Shown here piece after piece: positions 9,129 to 19,931 of a DNA stretch of 59,100 nucleotides. Below the pieces are notes generated by a model. It saw only the letters and a program-made list of their open reading frames with translations. It was not told the origin of the DNA and made no database searches. This DNA comes from an uncultured Gammaproteobacteria bacterium. Its GTDB lineage: Bacteria; Patescibacteriota; Microgenomatia; Levybacterales; UBA12049. Each line of letters starts with the position of its first letter. Position 1 is the first letter of the stretch. Where the stretch lies: assembly GCA_964553245.1 (NCBI GenBank), contig CAZKJM010000003.1:1-59100 (forward strand), read 5' to 3'. Made by a program: the position numbers and the translations under genes.

Positions 9129-9802
9129 ATAACTTTTTCTACCTTTTTAACGATCTCTTTTGACATCTCTCTGACATCCTTTTCACCATCAAATACGGAC
9201 ATTTCTTTTTTAAACATTTTTATTACAAAAAGATAGCCGTTTCTGATTTTATCAAGCTTTAATACATCTTCGTAAATTTCTTTTTCTTTATCCATTCCCG
9301 AAAGTCTTTTTAAAGCTGTCTTTGAGCTAATATCCAAATAAATAAAAACATCCGGAAGAATGAATTGATAAAACATAGAAAGAATTGATTGACTGATTAA
9401 TAGAAAATTAGTTGTATTTTTATAGTCGGTTGCATCTCTATCGGAGATTCCATAAGCAACAGATGACCAAAAATATCTGTCGGTTATAACTATTTCTCCT
9501 TTTTTTAAATGCTCGATTATTTCTAGCTGCTGAACTTGTCTATCTGCTGAATATAAATATTGAAAAGAAATTAATGGAATTTTGATTTTTCCTCTTAAAA
9601 CCTGGTGAATCAATCTTCCAATCGGACCTTTTCTGGTCGGATTCTTGGTTAAAAAAACTTTCTTTCCTTTCTTCTCCAAGGCTTTTTTTAGTAATTTTAC
9701 TTGTGTTGTTTTTCCTGAACCGTCGATTCCCTCAAAAGCAATAAATTTTCCCTTATATGGATTTCTTTTAAAATCTAGATTTAAACTAATTTTATATCTC
9801 AT
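9125..9802 (-). CDS. tmk: Thymidylate kinase
   Basis: FIAFEGIDGSGKTTQ P-loop, ADR, VITDRY, LPD motifs. Confidence 0.97.
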   Translation of the reverse strand: MRYKISLNLDFKRNPYKGKFIAFEGIDGSGKTTQVKLLKKALEKKGKKVFLTKNPTRKGPIGRLIHQVLRGKIKIPLISFQYLYSADRQVQQLEIIEHLKKGEIVITDRYFWSSVAYGISDRDATDYKNTTNFLLISQSILSMFYQFILPDVFIYLDISSKTALKRLSGMDKEKEIYEDVLKLDKIRNGYLFVIKMFKKEMSVFDGEKDVREMSKEIVKKVEKVI

Positions 9803-9804
9803 AA

Positions 9805-10626
9805 TTATTTATAAACTCCTCTGTATTGATTTGGTAAAAGAGGAGCAATTTTTTGACCCATAATATTATCCATGAGCTCTTGCCTCGAGCTTTTTCTACT
9901 TGCATTATTTCTACCTTTAACTGATTCTCTTAATTCACTTATCGAAAATGGTTTTCCAAAAACAATTTCTGCTCCTGCTCTTACCGGAATCACACTTCTT
10001 AATCCTTTTTCTGTTGGAAGAATTTTTTCTGTACCAGAAATGGCTATCGGCAAAATATAAGTTTCGTCACTTAAATAATGAGCAACCTGCTCTACTCCTT
10101 TTCCAAGCTGACAATCTCTACTTCTTGTTCCTTCTGGAAAAACCATAATTATTTTTCCGTTTTCTAAAGCATAAGAAATTGCATTAAGAGAATTTCTACT
10201 CATTGCCATTGCCTGCTTTCTTTCCTCCGGTGTTGATGGACTAACTGTTGGTGGCCAAACATCTATATGTGTGCAAGAGTTAGAAAGCGTTTTTGTAATG
10301 ATTTTTTTATCCAATCTTATACCTCTTAAAAAAACTAATTTATGTCTTATGTCGGAAAAACCGTGTCTTGATAATGCATATTGAAGAACCGGCGCATCAG
10401 CGTTGCTTAGATGATTTGCCATAAAAAAAACAGGCTTTTTTTCTTCTAGTAAAATTCTTATATCATCCAAATTCTCTAATCCTCTAATTTGCTCTTTACA
10501 AACTAAACCACATTCTATATCTAGTAATCCGGCAATAAAAGAATTTTTTTCTTTAATAGACGGTTTCTTTTGTTCCGTTGTTTCCTGATTAATTCCTTGA
10601 ATCGTCACAATCGCTTCTTTTGTCAT
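9805..10626 (-). CDS. Lysophospholipid acyltransferase (PlsC family)
   Basis: NHLSNAD (HX4D), FPEGTRS, PIAISGT motifs. Confidence 0.9.
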   Translation of the reverse strand: MTKEAIVTIQGINQETTEQKKPSIKEKNSFIAGLLDIECGLVCKEQIRGLENLDDIRILLEEKKPVFFMANHLSNADAPVLQYALSRHGFSDIRHKLVFLRGIRLDKKIITKTLSNSCTHIDVWPPTVSPSTPEERKQAMAMSRNSLNAISYALENGKIIMVFPEGTRSRDCQLGKGVEQVAHYLSDETYILPIAISGTEKILPTEKGLRSVIPVRAGAEIVFGKPFSISELRESVKGRNNASRKSSRQELMDNIMGQKIAPLLPNQYRGVYK

Positions 10627-11198
10627 ATTTTCTCCTCGTTTATCTTTGATTCATAAGGCTGATTTTGATTTTTATATTTTGCAGACTTTTTTTTAATATA
10701 TGGAACTTCTGATTCCGAAGATAATTCTTCGAAGGTCATTGCGCAAATTCTCATTCCTGGATAAAGCGCAATTGGAAGTCTTCCCAAGTTTCCAAGTTCT
10801 AATACTGCTTGACCATCCCAACCCGGATCAAAAATACTGGCTGTTGAATGAACTACAATACCTAATCTTCCAAGAGAAGAACGACCCTCTAATCTACCCA
10901 AAAGAGATGGATCAATAGTAATTCTTTCTTTAGTTATTGCCAAAACAAAATCTCCCGGTTGAATATAAAATGGTTCATTATCTTTAATAATAATTTCTTT
11001 AGTAAAAACTTTATCTTTTATATTTTTTGAGTTTGTATCAATAAGTGAATGCTTGCTATATTCAAAAATTCTAAAAGTATTACCCAAACGAAGATCAATT
11101 GAACAAGAACCAAGTTGTATTTTTAAATCAGGAACCGGAGCTATTTTTATCTTTCCGTTATTTAATGCTTTTTTAATATCTCTATCCGATAGAACCAT
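10623..11198 (-). CDS. dcd: dCTP deaminase
   Basis: MVLSDRDI, SIDLRLG, LEGRSSLGRLG, FDPGWDG, LELGN, PGMRI motifs. Confidence 0.97.
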   Translation of the reverse strand: MVLSDRDIKKALNNGKIKIAPVPDLKIQLGSCSIDLRLGNTFRIFEYSKHSLIDTNSKNIKDKVFTKEIIIKDNEPFYIQPGDFVLAITKERITIDPSLLGRLEGRSSLGRLGIVVHSTASIFDPGWDGQAVLELGNLGRLPIALYPGMRICAMTFEELSSESEVPYIKKKSAKYKNQNQPYESKINEEKI

Positions 11199-11284
11199 AA
11201 AAAAAAGTTTAACACTAAAAAATTTCGAATACAAGAATTAAATTAATCTTGACAAGACGGTAAAAATGTTGCTTAATTAAATTA

Positions 11285-11728
11285 ATGGCTGCTAAAAAAT
11301 CAAGAAAACCGGGGATAAATTTATTAAAAGGATTAAGCGGGTCAAAGTTAATGCAACTCGCATCTTTAGTAATAGTTGTACTTGCAATTCCCTTAACAAT
11401 ACTAATGCTTAAACAACAACAAAACACCCAACAAGAAGCAGCTTCGCTTTGCGCAACAAGAGGAGGAACCTGTATTAACACTGATTTTCAAAATACAGTC
11501 CAGCGATGTTTTTCTTCCGGAAGAACTCTTGTAAAAGGTCTCTGTCCGGGAGCATCTAATATTCAATGCTGCGTTAAAGCAACGCCTACTCCGGCTTTAA
11601 ACACATGCTCCAGTAGAAATGGAAGATGTTTAGATCTTAATATTTATAGTTGCAACGCTTATATTTCTGGACTTTGTCCTGGACCAAACAATATAAAATG
11701 TTGTATTGGAAATTATTATCGTAGATAA
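11285..11728 (+). CDS. Secreted/anchored protein with two six-Cys (beta-defensin-like) repeats
   Basis: TM + QQQ..AA N-terminus; repeats C-x6-C..C..GLCPG-x2-NI-x-CC. Confidence 0.75.
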   Translation: MAAKKSRKPGINLLKGLSGSKLMQLASLVIVVLAIPLTILMLKQQQNTQQEAASLCATRGGTCINTDFQNTVQRCFSSGRTLVKGLCPGASNIQCCVKATPTPALNTCSSRNGRCLDLNIYSCNAYISGLCPGPNNIKCCIGNYYRR

Positions 11729-11741
11729 ATATTTTTTAGAC

Positions 11742-12503
11742 TTATTTAACGTTTCCTATAAACTTAATAGTGGAATTACCCTCTTTATCCAAGATTATAT
11801 CTAATTGCGGAAGGTCTTTTGCTAAAAGTGTTGATGTAGCATTAACTTGCTTCCAATAATTTCTGATTATATCTTCCGAAGTAACATCTTCCATGCTTAG
11901 AATATTACCTATCCTCGTCAACAACTCATTGGTTCTGTCTATATCTACAACGAAATACATTTCTGTCTTATCTTTGTTTTGCGAATGAACCGTTGCATCT
12001 TTACCTCTAATTAGTAATATCGCTTTCTCTCTGTGTGATCCTTCCAACGTAATCCAATTTACATCGGCATCTTTTCTCGAAATTTCCCAAAGCTCAAGAG
12101 AATGCTCTGCCTTTATTCCATATAAATCTTCGTTTTTTTTCAATGCTGCCTGTGCCATATGGCCACAACCGATTTCGTTATGATCATCTGTATGCGCTTG
12201 AAGCTTGTTTTCTTTTCCAAACACACTAAATAAAGCCTGTTTTGTTTTTGAATAAACGTCTTCTACTAAAAATTCTTTGTCTTTCTCTACCAACGAAGCC
12301 ATTATTGCCATAGAAACTCCCAAATGTGCTCCAAATATCCTTATCCAACCACTATCTTGTTCCTGAGTGTATCTACCATCCGGACAAGCAGCGCCCTTAT
12401 TGTTTGCTAAAACAATATTTTCCTTAATATATTTCTCAAATTTTAAAATATCAACTGTTCCGTTTTCCGGATTATTCATAGTTTTATTTTTTACTTCAAC
12501 CAT
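11742..12503 (-). CDS. Putative carbonic anhydrase, cadmium/zeta (CDCA)-like
   Basis: CPDGR ... GAHLG ... HTDDH..GCGH gives a Cys-His-Cys metal triad. Confidence 0.6.
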   Translation of the reverse strand: MVEVKNKTMNNPENGTVDILKFEKYIKENIVLANNKGAACPDGRYTQEQDSGWIRIFGAHLGVSMAIMASLVEKDKEFLVEDVYSKTKQALFSVFGKENKLQAHTDDHNEIGCGHMAQAALKKNEDLYGIKAEHSLELWEISRKDADVNWITLEGSHREKAILLIRGKDATVHSQNKDKTEMYFVVDIDRTNELLTRIGNILSMEDVTSEDIIRNYWKQVNATSTLLAKDLPQLDIILDKEGNSTIKFIGNVK

Positions 12504-12510
12504 AAAATTG

Positions 12511-12583
12511 TGGGTACGGATGGAATCGAACCATCTGCCTCTTCTTTATCAGAGAAGCGTTCTAACCGGTGAACTACGTACCC
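12511..12583 (-). tRNA. tRNA-Ile(GAT)
   Basis: Full cloverleaf, anticodon loop CTGATAA; CCA not encoded. Confidence 0.97.
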
Positions 12584-12668
12584 ATTCTAGCATTTTAGCA
12601 AATTGAATGTATATTTAAAAGAAGATTGAAAATTTTTCCTTAAATCTATATTGTTTATTTTAATATTG

Positions 12669-12742
12669 AGGTGCGAGCCGGATTTGAACCGGCGAATACC
12701 TGTTCTGCAGACAGGCGTGTTAAGCCTCTTCACCATCGCACC
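12669..12742 (-). tRNA. tRNA-Cys(GCA)
   Basis: Full cloverleaf, anticodon loop CTGCAGA, U discriminator; CCA not encoded. Confidence 0.97.
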
Positions 12743-12831
12743 TAATTACCCTTAAATCTTAACACAGCCCTAGGTAAAAATCTAGCTAAGTCGGAAAAAA
12801 TTCAAACAGCTGTTTTTGCAAGGTAAAGGCT

Positions 12832-13974
12832 TTATTTCTTTTTTAAAACCTTATTGTAAATCTCTTCCAGTTTTAAAACTGAATTTTCCACAAACAAATT
12901 TGCGCTAACTCTAGCATTTTTTCCTAATCTTTCTCTTTCTTTCTTGTTTTTTAAAAGTTTTATAACCTCTTCTGCAAACTGAACAACATCATTATCCACC
13001 AATACGCCACTTTCTTTATTTCTAATTACATTCTCGATCGGCGAATCTTTAACAGCAACAACAGGCAATCCTGATGCCATAGCTTCCAACACAACCAAAC
13101 CTTGTGTTTCTGTCTTTGAGGAGAATACAAAAATATCTGCGCTTTTATAAATAATTGGCATATTTTTTGGCTCAATGGCACCTAAAAAATAAACGTTTTT
13201 ATCTATTTTTAATCTTTCCGATAAGCTTTTTAGATAGGTATATTCGGGCCCTTTTCCAATAATCACAAAGTGAGTTCTTGAATTGCTTTTCAAAATAATA
13301 TTAAATGCGTAAATCAAAAAATCGACTGACTTTTCCCTACCTAGTCTACCAGCATAAAGTAAAATTTTTGCATTTCTTGCTATCCCTAATTTTTTTCTTA
13401 AAAAATCAGATTTTTTAATTTGAAAATTTTTAGTCTCTATACCATATGGCACTACAATAACCGGTTTTTTAATTTTTTGATTAATTAATTCGTTTTTAGC
13501 TTTTTCCGAAGGCGCAATAATAACATCACATAAATTGCATGTAACTCTACTTATTTTCCTTATGATGCTGGGACTAAATAATCCTCTCAAAATGTAATGT
13601 GAGTAATCCTGTATCATTGTGTGGTAAGTATAAACAAAAGGAACTCTTTTTATTTTTGCCATAAATAATCCCATTAGACTAATTGATCCATTGGAGTGAC
13701 CGTGGATAATATCAAAATCTGTTCTTAAAAGCTTTATAAAAGTTTTTATTGGTATATATACTGCGAGACGATAATTATAAGCCTTGTTTACTCGTATTGA
13801 AACTAATCTGGAGATGTTTTCTTCGTTTTTTTGTTTTTTATATATCGAATACCTCGGAGCAACTACATGTAACTTGTTTCCTTTTTTTGGCAATTTATTA
13901 AAAATAAAATCAAGATATGTTGTTATGCCATTGGCTTCTGGCAAATATGTATCTGTAAAAATTCCAATTTTCAT
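12832..13974 (-). CDS. Glycosyltransferase family 4 (diacylglycerol glucosyltransferase-like)
   Basis: MKIGIFTDTYLP..NG, YAGRLGREK, ETQGLVVLEAMASG motifs. Confidence 0.92.
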   Translation of the reverse strand: MKIGIFTDTYLPEANGITTYLDFIFNKLPKKGNKLHVVAPRYSIYKKQKNEENISRLVSIRVNKAYNYRLAVYIPIKTFIKLLRTDFDIIHGHSNGSISLMGLFMAKIKRVPFVYTYHTMIQDYSHYILRGLFSPSIIRKISRVTCNLCDVIIAPSEKAKNELINQKIKKPVIVVPYGIETKNFQIKKSDFLRKKLGIARNAKILLYAGRLGREKSVDFLIYAFNIILKSNSRTHFVIIGKGPEYTYLKSLSERLKIDKNVYFLGAIEPKNMPIIYKSADIFVFSSKTETQGLVVLEAMASGLPVVAVKDSPIENVIRNKESGVLVDNDVVQFAEEVIKLLKNKKERERLGKNARVSANLFVENSVLKLEEIYNKVLKKK

Positions 13975-14012
13975 TTAAAAACCATTATACCAATATTGTA
14001 AATTATCTAATT

Positions 14013-14765
14013 TTAAAGACTATATTTTTTATCAGAAATTTTTGTGATAACAAAAGGCCTAATTCCTGTTTCTTCACGTAATTTTATCGCTATTGCTTCC
14101 GTTGAATATGCTTCTTTCTCACTGGACTTATTCTGCCTCCTCATCCGATAAGTGTTTGCAAAAGAACTAATAAGCCCAGCGCTAACTATTGAATAACCAA
14201 CCGAGCGCGAATTAGAAAAAACCGTAATTAATTCTCCTCCCGCTATCATTAGCGTTGGAACCGTCACTCCAATAAAATTACCTATATCTTCTTTTGGATT
14301 TCTCATTTTCTGCGCCACGTGAGTTAGTTCATGAACCAAAACATCATTCATTCTGTTTTCGAAGTTAATTTCTACAGATTTTAAAAATGCATCAACGCTT
14401 GTTATCGGACCATGATCTAAACAAAAAGAACTCATTGCCACCATTTCCGGATATATTTCTACGGTTAATTTTCCATTAATAGGATTATTATGGGTGCTAC
14501 CTAAAATAAATTGTCTCTGAATATGTTTTTTCTTTATACCAGATTTTTTTTCTAAAGGAGGTAATTTAAATACTACTTTTTTTTCAAAATGATCCTTAGC
14601 AGTTTTAGGAGAAAGACCAAGATGTTCTGCAAGCGCACAATAGTAATCACAAATAGATTCTCTTGATGCTTCAATTAATACATCTTCGCAGACGATAGGT
14701 ATTTTTACTTCACAGGTTATCTTTTCACCTATGTTATCATCTAACAGTCGTCTTTCCCTTTCCAT
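14013..14765 (-). CDS. Hypothetical protein with HExxH zincin motif
   Basis: VLVHELTHVAQ, downstream EKEAY, two hydrophobic helices. Confidence 0.65.
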   Translation of the reverse strand: MERERRLLDDNIGEKITCEVKIPIVCEDVLIEASRESICDYYCALAEHLGLSPKTAKDHFEKKVVFKLPPLEKKSGIKKKHIQRQFILGSTHNNPINGKLTVEIYPEMVAMSSFCLDHGPITSVDAFLKSVEINFENRMNDVLVHELTHVAQKMRNPKEDIGNFIGVTVPTLMIAGGELITVFSNSRSVGYSIVSAGLISSFANTYRMRRQNKSSEKEAYSTEAIAIKLREETGIRPFVITKISDKKYSL

Positions 14766-14819
14766 AAGTGACGATTATACAATAAATTGTCGATCTTACA
14801 AAAAAAACCACCCTTATAT

Positions 14820-14885
14820 TAATTTCTAAATCTCCAAAATTCAAACCCCAAATTATTTGAAGTTGAAAATTGAGAATTGGAAATT
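14820..14885. repeat. Heptamer-armed hairpin downstream of the 16S trailer
   Basis: AATTTCT AAATCTC CAAAATT CAAA ... TTGAAGT TGAAAAT TGAGAAT TGGAAAT T. Confidence 0.7.
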
Positions 14886-14940
14886 CCGACAAAGCCACGT
14901 TTGATGTGGCAATGCCGGGATCGGGTGGTTATTTTGTTAT

Positions 14941-14959
14941 TACCAGGAAGTGGTAGGAA
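14941..14959 (-). other. 3' strand of the 16S pre-rRNA processing stem
   Basis: TACCAGGAAGTGGTAGGAA is the exact 19-nt reverse complement of 16831-16849. Confidence 0.85.
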
Positions 14960-15073
14960 AAGCCCCTGCGCTTGAGAACGCTTTTTGCGGGGCAACTGAA
15001 TAGGTTTTTTCCGCCATCTGGCGGACAAGTGCTATTCTCACTTGGGTGTGTTTTTCACTTTATATTAACATTA

Positions 15074-15108
15074 ATGACTATTTGCTATAAGCAATATGCC
15101 ATATGCTA
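15074..15108. repeat. Heptamer array in the 16S trailer (ATGACTA TTTGCTA TAAGCAA TATGCCA TATGCTA)
   Basis: Five units of the same family as 8538-8594. Confidence 0.8.
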
Positions 15109-15166
15109 ACTTCCGTGTCTTCTCTCTTTCTTACTCTGCAAAATAGGACGCGCCTATTTTGATTTT

Positions 15167-16777
<1,611 letters not shown>

Positions 16778-16830
16778 ATCGGATTATTAATTTACCCCGA
16801 TTAGATCGAGGTTTAGGACAATCCGATAAA

Positions 16831-16849
16831 TTCCTACCACTTCCTGGTA
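16831..16849 (-). other. 5' strand of the 16S pre-rRNA processing stem
   Basis: Perfect complement of 14941-14959. Confidence 0.85.
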
Positions 16850-16902
16850 GGCAACCTAATTAAAAATCTTGACATTATTAGTTGCGTATCCTGTCACAAA
16901 AG

Positions 16903-16929
16903 TTGTCAAAGTGCTTCGCCACTTTGGCG
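16903..16929 (-). promoter_or_regulatory. boxB-like hairpin (CGCCA-AAG-TGGCG) followed by boxA-like GCACTTTGACAA
   Basis: Order and position in the rrn leader match Nus antitermination signals. Confidence 0.55.
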
Positions 16930-16938
16930 TATTAAGAC

Positions 16939-16963
16939 AAAAAAACCCGCCAAAGGCGGGATT
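16939..16963 (-). terminator. Terminator-like hairpin CCCGCC-TTT-GGCGGG + T7 inside the rRNA leader
   Basis: GC-rich stem and U-tract about 45-65 nt after the predicted TSS. Confidence 0.5.
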
Positions 16964-17010
16964 GTTCCTCGCAAAACTCTGGCTAGTTAGTCTTACATAT
17001 TAGTTATTCA

Positions 17011-17038
17011 ATTATAGGGAATTTGGACTTTTTGTCAA
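17011..17038 (-). promoter_or_regulatory. rRNA promoter TTGACA-N16-TATAAT
   Basis: Perfect consensus hexamers with the 16-bp spacing typical of rrn promoters. Confidence 0.9.
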
Positions 17039-17092
17039 TAAGCAAAGCTATTTATTAATAAATTAGTATTTAGGGGTTAAGCCTTTGAATTT

Positions 17093-17521
17093 TTAAAGGT
17101 TTTTTAATAATTTCTTTTTTAGCTTATTTAAATCTTTAAAGTTGGTTCTTAACATTCTTTTCGTTTTCCCTATTACCCAAATAGGCTCTTTAGGACTTAA
17201 ATCATCTTTATATCTTGGGATTATGTGCCAATGAAGATGGGGATGACTATTACCCAACAACTCGTAATTTAGCTTAACGGGCTTGAAAGCTTTGAAAACT
17301 GCTTTGGCAACATTACTCATTTCCTCTAAAAATAAGTTTTTGTATTTTCGGTCTAATTCGTGAATTTCAAAAACGTGTTTTTTACATAAAAAAATTGTGT
17401 ATCCTCTATAAAATTGATAATCTTCTAAAACAACATACCCTGTTTTAAGTTCTTTTACAAAGAATTTGTTTTTATTATTTTTGATTTCATTTATTCTTTT
17501 GCAAATTAAACATTTCTTCAT
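17093..17521 (-). CDS. HIT family hydrolase
   Basis: CLIC, HPHLHWHIIPRY histidine triad. Confidence 0.9.
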   Translation of the reverse strand: MKKCLICKRINEIKNNKNKFFVKELKTGYVVLEDYQFYRGYTIFLCKKHVFEIHELDRKYKNLFLEEMSNVAKAVFKAFKPVKLNYELLGNSHPHLHWHIIPRYKDDLSPKEPIWVIGKTKRMLRTNFKDLNKLKKKLLKNL

Positions 17522-17603
17522 TTTATTGTTGAATTATAACAACTACTAGCTTAGTTTGACAAATTAATCTCCATAATATAGTATTCCCTAATTAATACAA
17601 AAT

Positions 17604-18254
17604 ATGCCTATAATAAAAGAATTAAGTAAAGCAGATAATCAACTACAAGAGGCAGAACTAATTACTCCAAGAACCGCTATTAAAAAAGCAATGGAACATG
17701 CTGTAAATGAATTAACAAAAGGTTTAGATTTTGAAAAAATCGATCCTTCTGTCTTTGAAAAAAAACTGGAAAATATAACCGCAGGAAGATGCTTGGAAGG
17801 ATGCCTTATTGCCGCAAGCTTTTTACACAGAAATCATTCAGAACTATTTAAAACGATAGCGCTTTTGCATTACGAAAAATTTGAAACAACAAAACAAAAT
17901 AAGCCAATCGGAGTCTTTCACGAGTATTTCTTGATAAGAGATAATGCTGGAATTTGGCATGCGGCAAGTCCGGCAAATCACGAAAGATATAGTGGGGAAA
18001 ATTCAAGGTTAAAACGATTCTTTAGCTCAGATAATTTACGGGGAGTTTTAAACGATATAGAAAAATTTGAAGGAGGAGCATGGCCAACAGAACAATATAT
18101 TGTCGATGTTTTAAAAAGACGAAAATCACCGCTTGTAACATATGAGGGAAAAGCTGAAGTTATTCAATTTGTAAAAGAAAATACAGGAAATGAATACGAG
18201 CTAACTAAATGCATTTTTCCAATAGAACAACCGCCCATGGGAATGGAGTTTTAA
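17604..18254 (+). CDS. Hypothetical protein
   Basis: 216-aa ORF with promoter TTGACA-17-TAGTAT (17556-17584); 3' end overlaps the convergent methyltransferase. Confidence 0.7.
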   Translation: MPIIKELSKADNQLQEAELITPRTAIKKAMEHAVNELTKGLDFEKIDPSVFEKKLENITAGRCLEGCLIAASFLHRNHSELFKTIALLHYEKFETTKQNKPIGVFHEYFLIRDNAGIWHAASPANHERYSGENSRLKRFFSSDNLRGVLNDIEKFEGGAWPTEQYIVDVLKRRKSPLVTYEGKAEVIQFVKENTGNEYELTKCIFPIEQPPMGMEF

Positions 18255-18780
18255 AATAAATAATTTTTACCTTTTCTGATTCCACAAATTTCCTAAACCC
18301 AAAAGATGTCCAATGATTTATATGGCCAATATCTTTTCCCCATTGAGTAAAATTAAAAATTTCAAAAAATGGTTCATTCGGAACACTAAGTAAAATATAT
18401 TTTTTAGAAACTCTTATTAATTCTTTTAAACCCTTTTTGGGGTTTTCTAAATGCTCTAAAACCTCCGAGCAAATAACTAAATCAAATGAATTATCCTTAA
18501 ATCCTAATTTGTAAATATTGCCTGTTTTTAAATCTAAATCAGAATAAAGTTTCTTGCCGATTTCTATTGCTGTTTTTGAATAATCAATTCCTAAATATTT
18601 TTTACCAACATTATTTTCCTTTAATTTATTTAAGGTAAATCCTTCTCCACAACCAACGTCTAGAATATTTTCTAGATTTAGATTCTTAAGCTGATTCAAA
18701 ACAGTTTTAAAAAAGTTACCAATAAATATCTTCTTAAGTGGATTTTTACTTGTGTGTTTTTCGAAGTTATCTGTTTTCAT
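18205..18780 (-). CDS. Class I SAM-dependent methyltransferase
   Basis: ILDVGCGEG, GID, FKDNSFDLVICSEVLEHL motifs. Confidence 0.92.
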   Translation of the reverse strand: MKTDNFEKHTSKNPLKKIFIGNFFKTVLNQLKNLNLENILDVGCGEGFTLNKLKENNVGKKYLGIDYSKTAIEIGKKLYSDLDLKTGNIYKLGFKDNSFDLVICSEVLEHLENPKKGLKELIRVSKKYILLSVPNEPFFEIFNFTQWGKDIGHINHWTSFGFRKFVESEKVKIIYFKTPFPWAVVLLEKCI

Positions 18781-18859
18781 AATATCCTTAATTTTATCAA
18801 ATCTTTATTAAATATTCTTCTATATGCAAAAAAGCAAATTCTGTGTTATATTTTTTAAT

Positions 18860-19309
18860 ATGACAGACAGGGATTTTGAAAAACGAGTTGAAAAACACAT
18901 TAAAGATAAGCTTTATCAACAACCATTATCCGATAAAGAATTATTAGAAAAAACCCGGGATCTTGGGAAAGAGCTGGATTGCTCTGTAAAAAAGGTAACT
19001 AAGGTCGTCAAAGAACAAACAGAAGACGAATCAATTATTACGGAAGCGGGATTTTCGATAAAAGATGACATCTATTCTTACTTTACTCGTCAATTAGATG
19101 GATGCATAGATATGTCACTTAGATCATATACAGAATCCGGAGATGTAATGAACTTAAGATTATTTTTTCCCTTGGAATCATCCGAATCAAAACAGAAAGC
19201 AATGCTGGATGTTTATGATTCAAGGGTGGGAACTCCAGAGTTCGGAAATGGACGAGCACTTAAAATCGCATGGGAAATAATAGATAAAATCTCCAAAGAT
19301 AAGCCTTAA
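18860..19309 (+). CDS. Hypothetical protein
   Basis: ORF 18824..19309; ATG 18860 is the likelier start. Confidence 0.65.
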   Translation: MTDRDFEKRVEKHIKDKLYQQPLSDKELLEKTRDLGKELDCSVKKVTKVVKEQTEDESIITEAGFSIKDDIYSYFTRQLDGCIDMSLRSYTESGDVMNLRLFFPLESSESKQKAMLDVYDSRVGTPEFGNGRALKIAWEIIDKISKDKP

Positions 19310-19322
19310 AACTCTTGAAACT

Positions 19323-19889
19323 TTATTTTTTTTTAGGAAAACGGAATGGAAATAATAAATAGTTTATTGACTGATAAAGAATAATTCCAAGGCTTACCAT
19401 TACATTTAATGATGTGTTTACTCCAAACATAGGTAATTCCACTATCGTATCTGACAATTCTAAAACTTCGTTTGAAACACCTCTGGTTTCGTTTCCGACA
19501 ACAAAAGCAACCGGAAATTCATAACTTACCACTTCAAAAGGAACTGACTTTTTATCTTGTTCTATTGAAATAATCTTTATTTTCGGGATTTCTTTTTTTA
19601 GTTTTTTAATTGCATCTAGTGTTGATTTACTGTATTCCCAAGGAACCCACTCGGTAGTATTAATAGAAGCTTTTTTGATTCTTGTATTCGGTGGTGTTTC
19701 TGTTTCCCCACATAAAAACACTTTTTCTGCAGCAACTGCATCTGCCAAACGGAAAATCGCGCCAACATTATATGTATCCAAGACATTATCTAAAACAATA
19801 TAAATTGCGTTTCTTTTTTCTCGTATTTTTTTTAACTCCTCTTCCGTTGGAACCTTAGTCCTTAAGTCCGCGGGTTTTAACTTAATCAT
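19323..19889 (-). CDS. TrmH/SpoU family RNA methyltransferase
   Basis: VLDNV..YNVGAIFRLADA, VVGNETRG, ELPMFG..SLNV SPOUT motifs. Confidence 0.93.
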   Translation of the reverse strand: MIKLKPADLRTKVPTEEELKKIREKRNAIYIVLDNVLDTYNVGAIFRLADAVAAEKVFLCGETETPPNTRIKKASINTTEWVPWEYSKSTLDAIKKLKKEIPKIKIISIEQDKKSVPFEVVSYEFPVAFVVGNETRGVSNEVLELSDTIVELPMFGVNTSLNVMVSLGIILYQSINYLLFPFRFPKKK

Positions 19890-19931
19890 TTGCTAATTTT
19901 ATTAAAATTGAGGCGTTTTTACAAGAAATTA

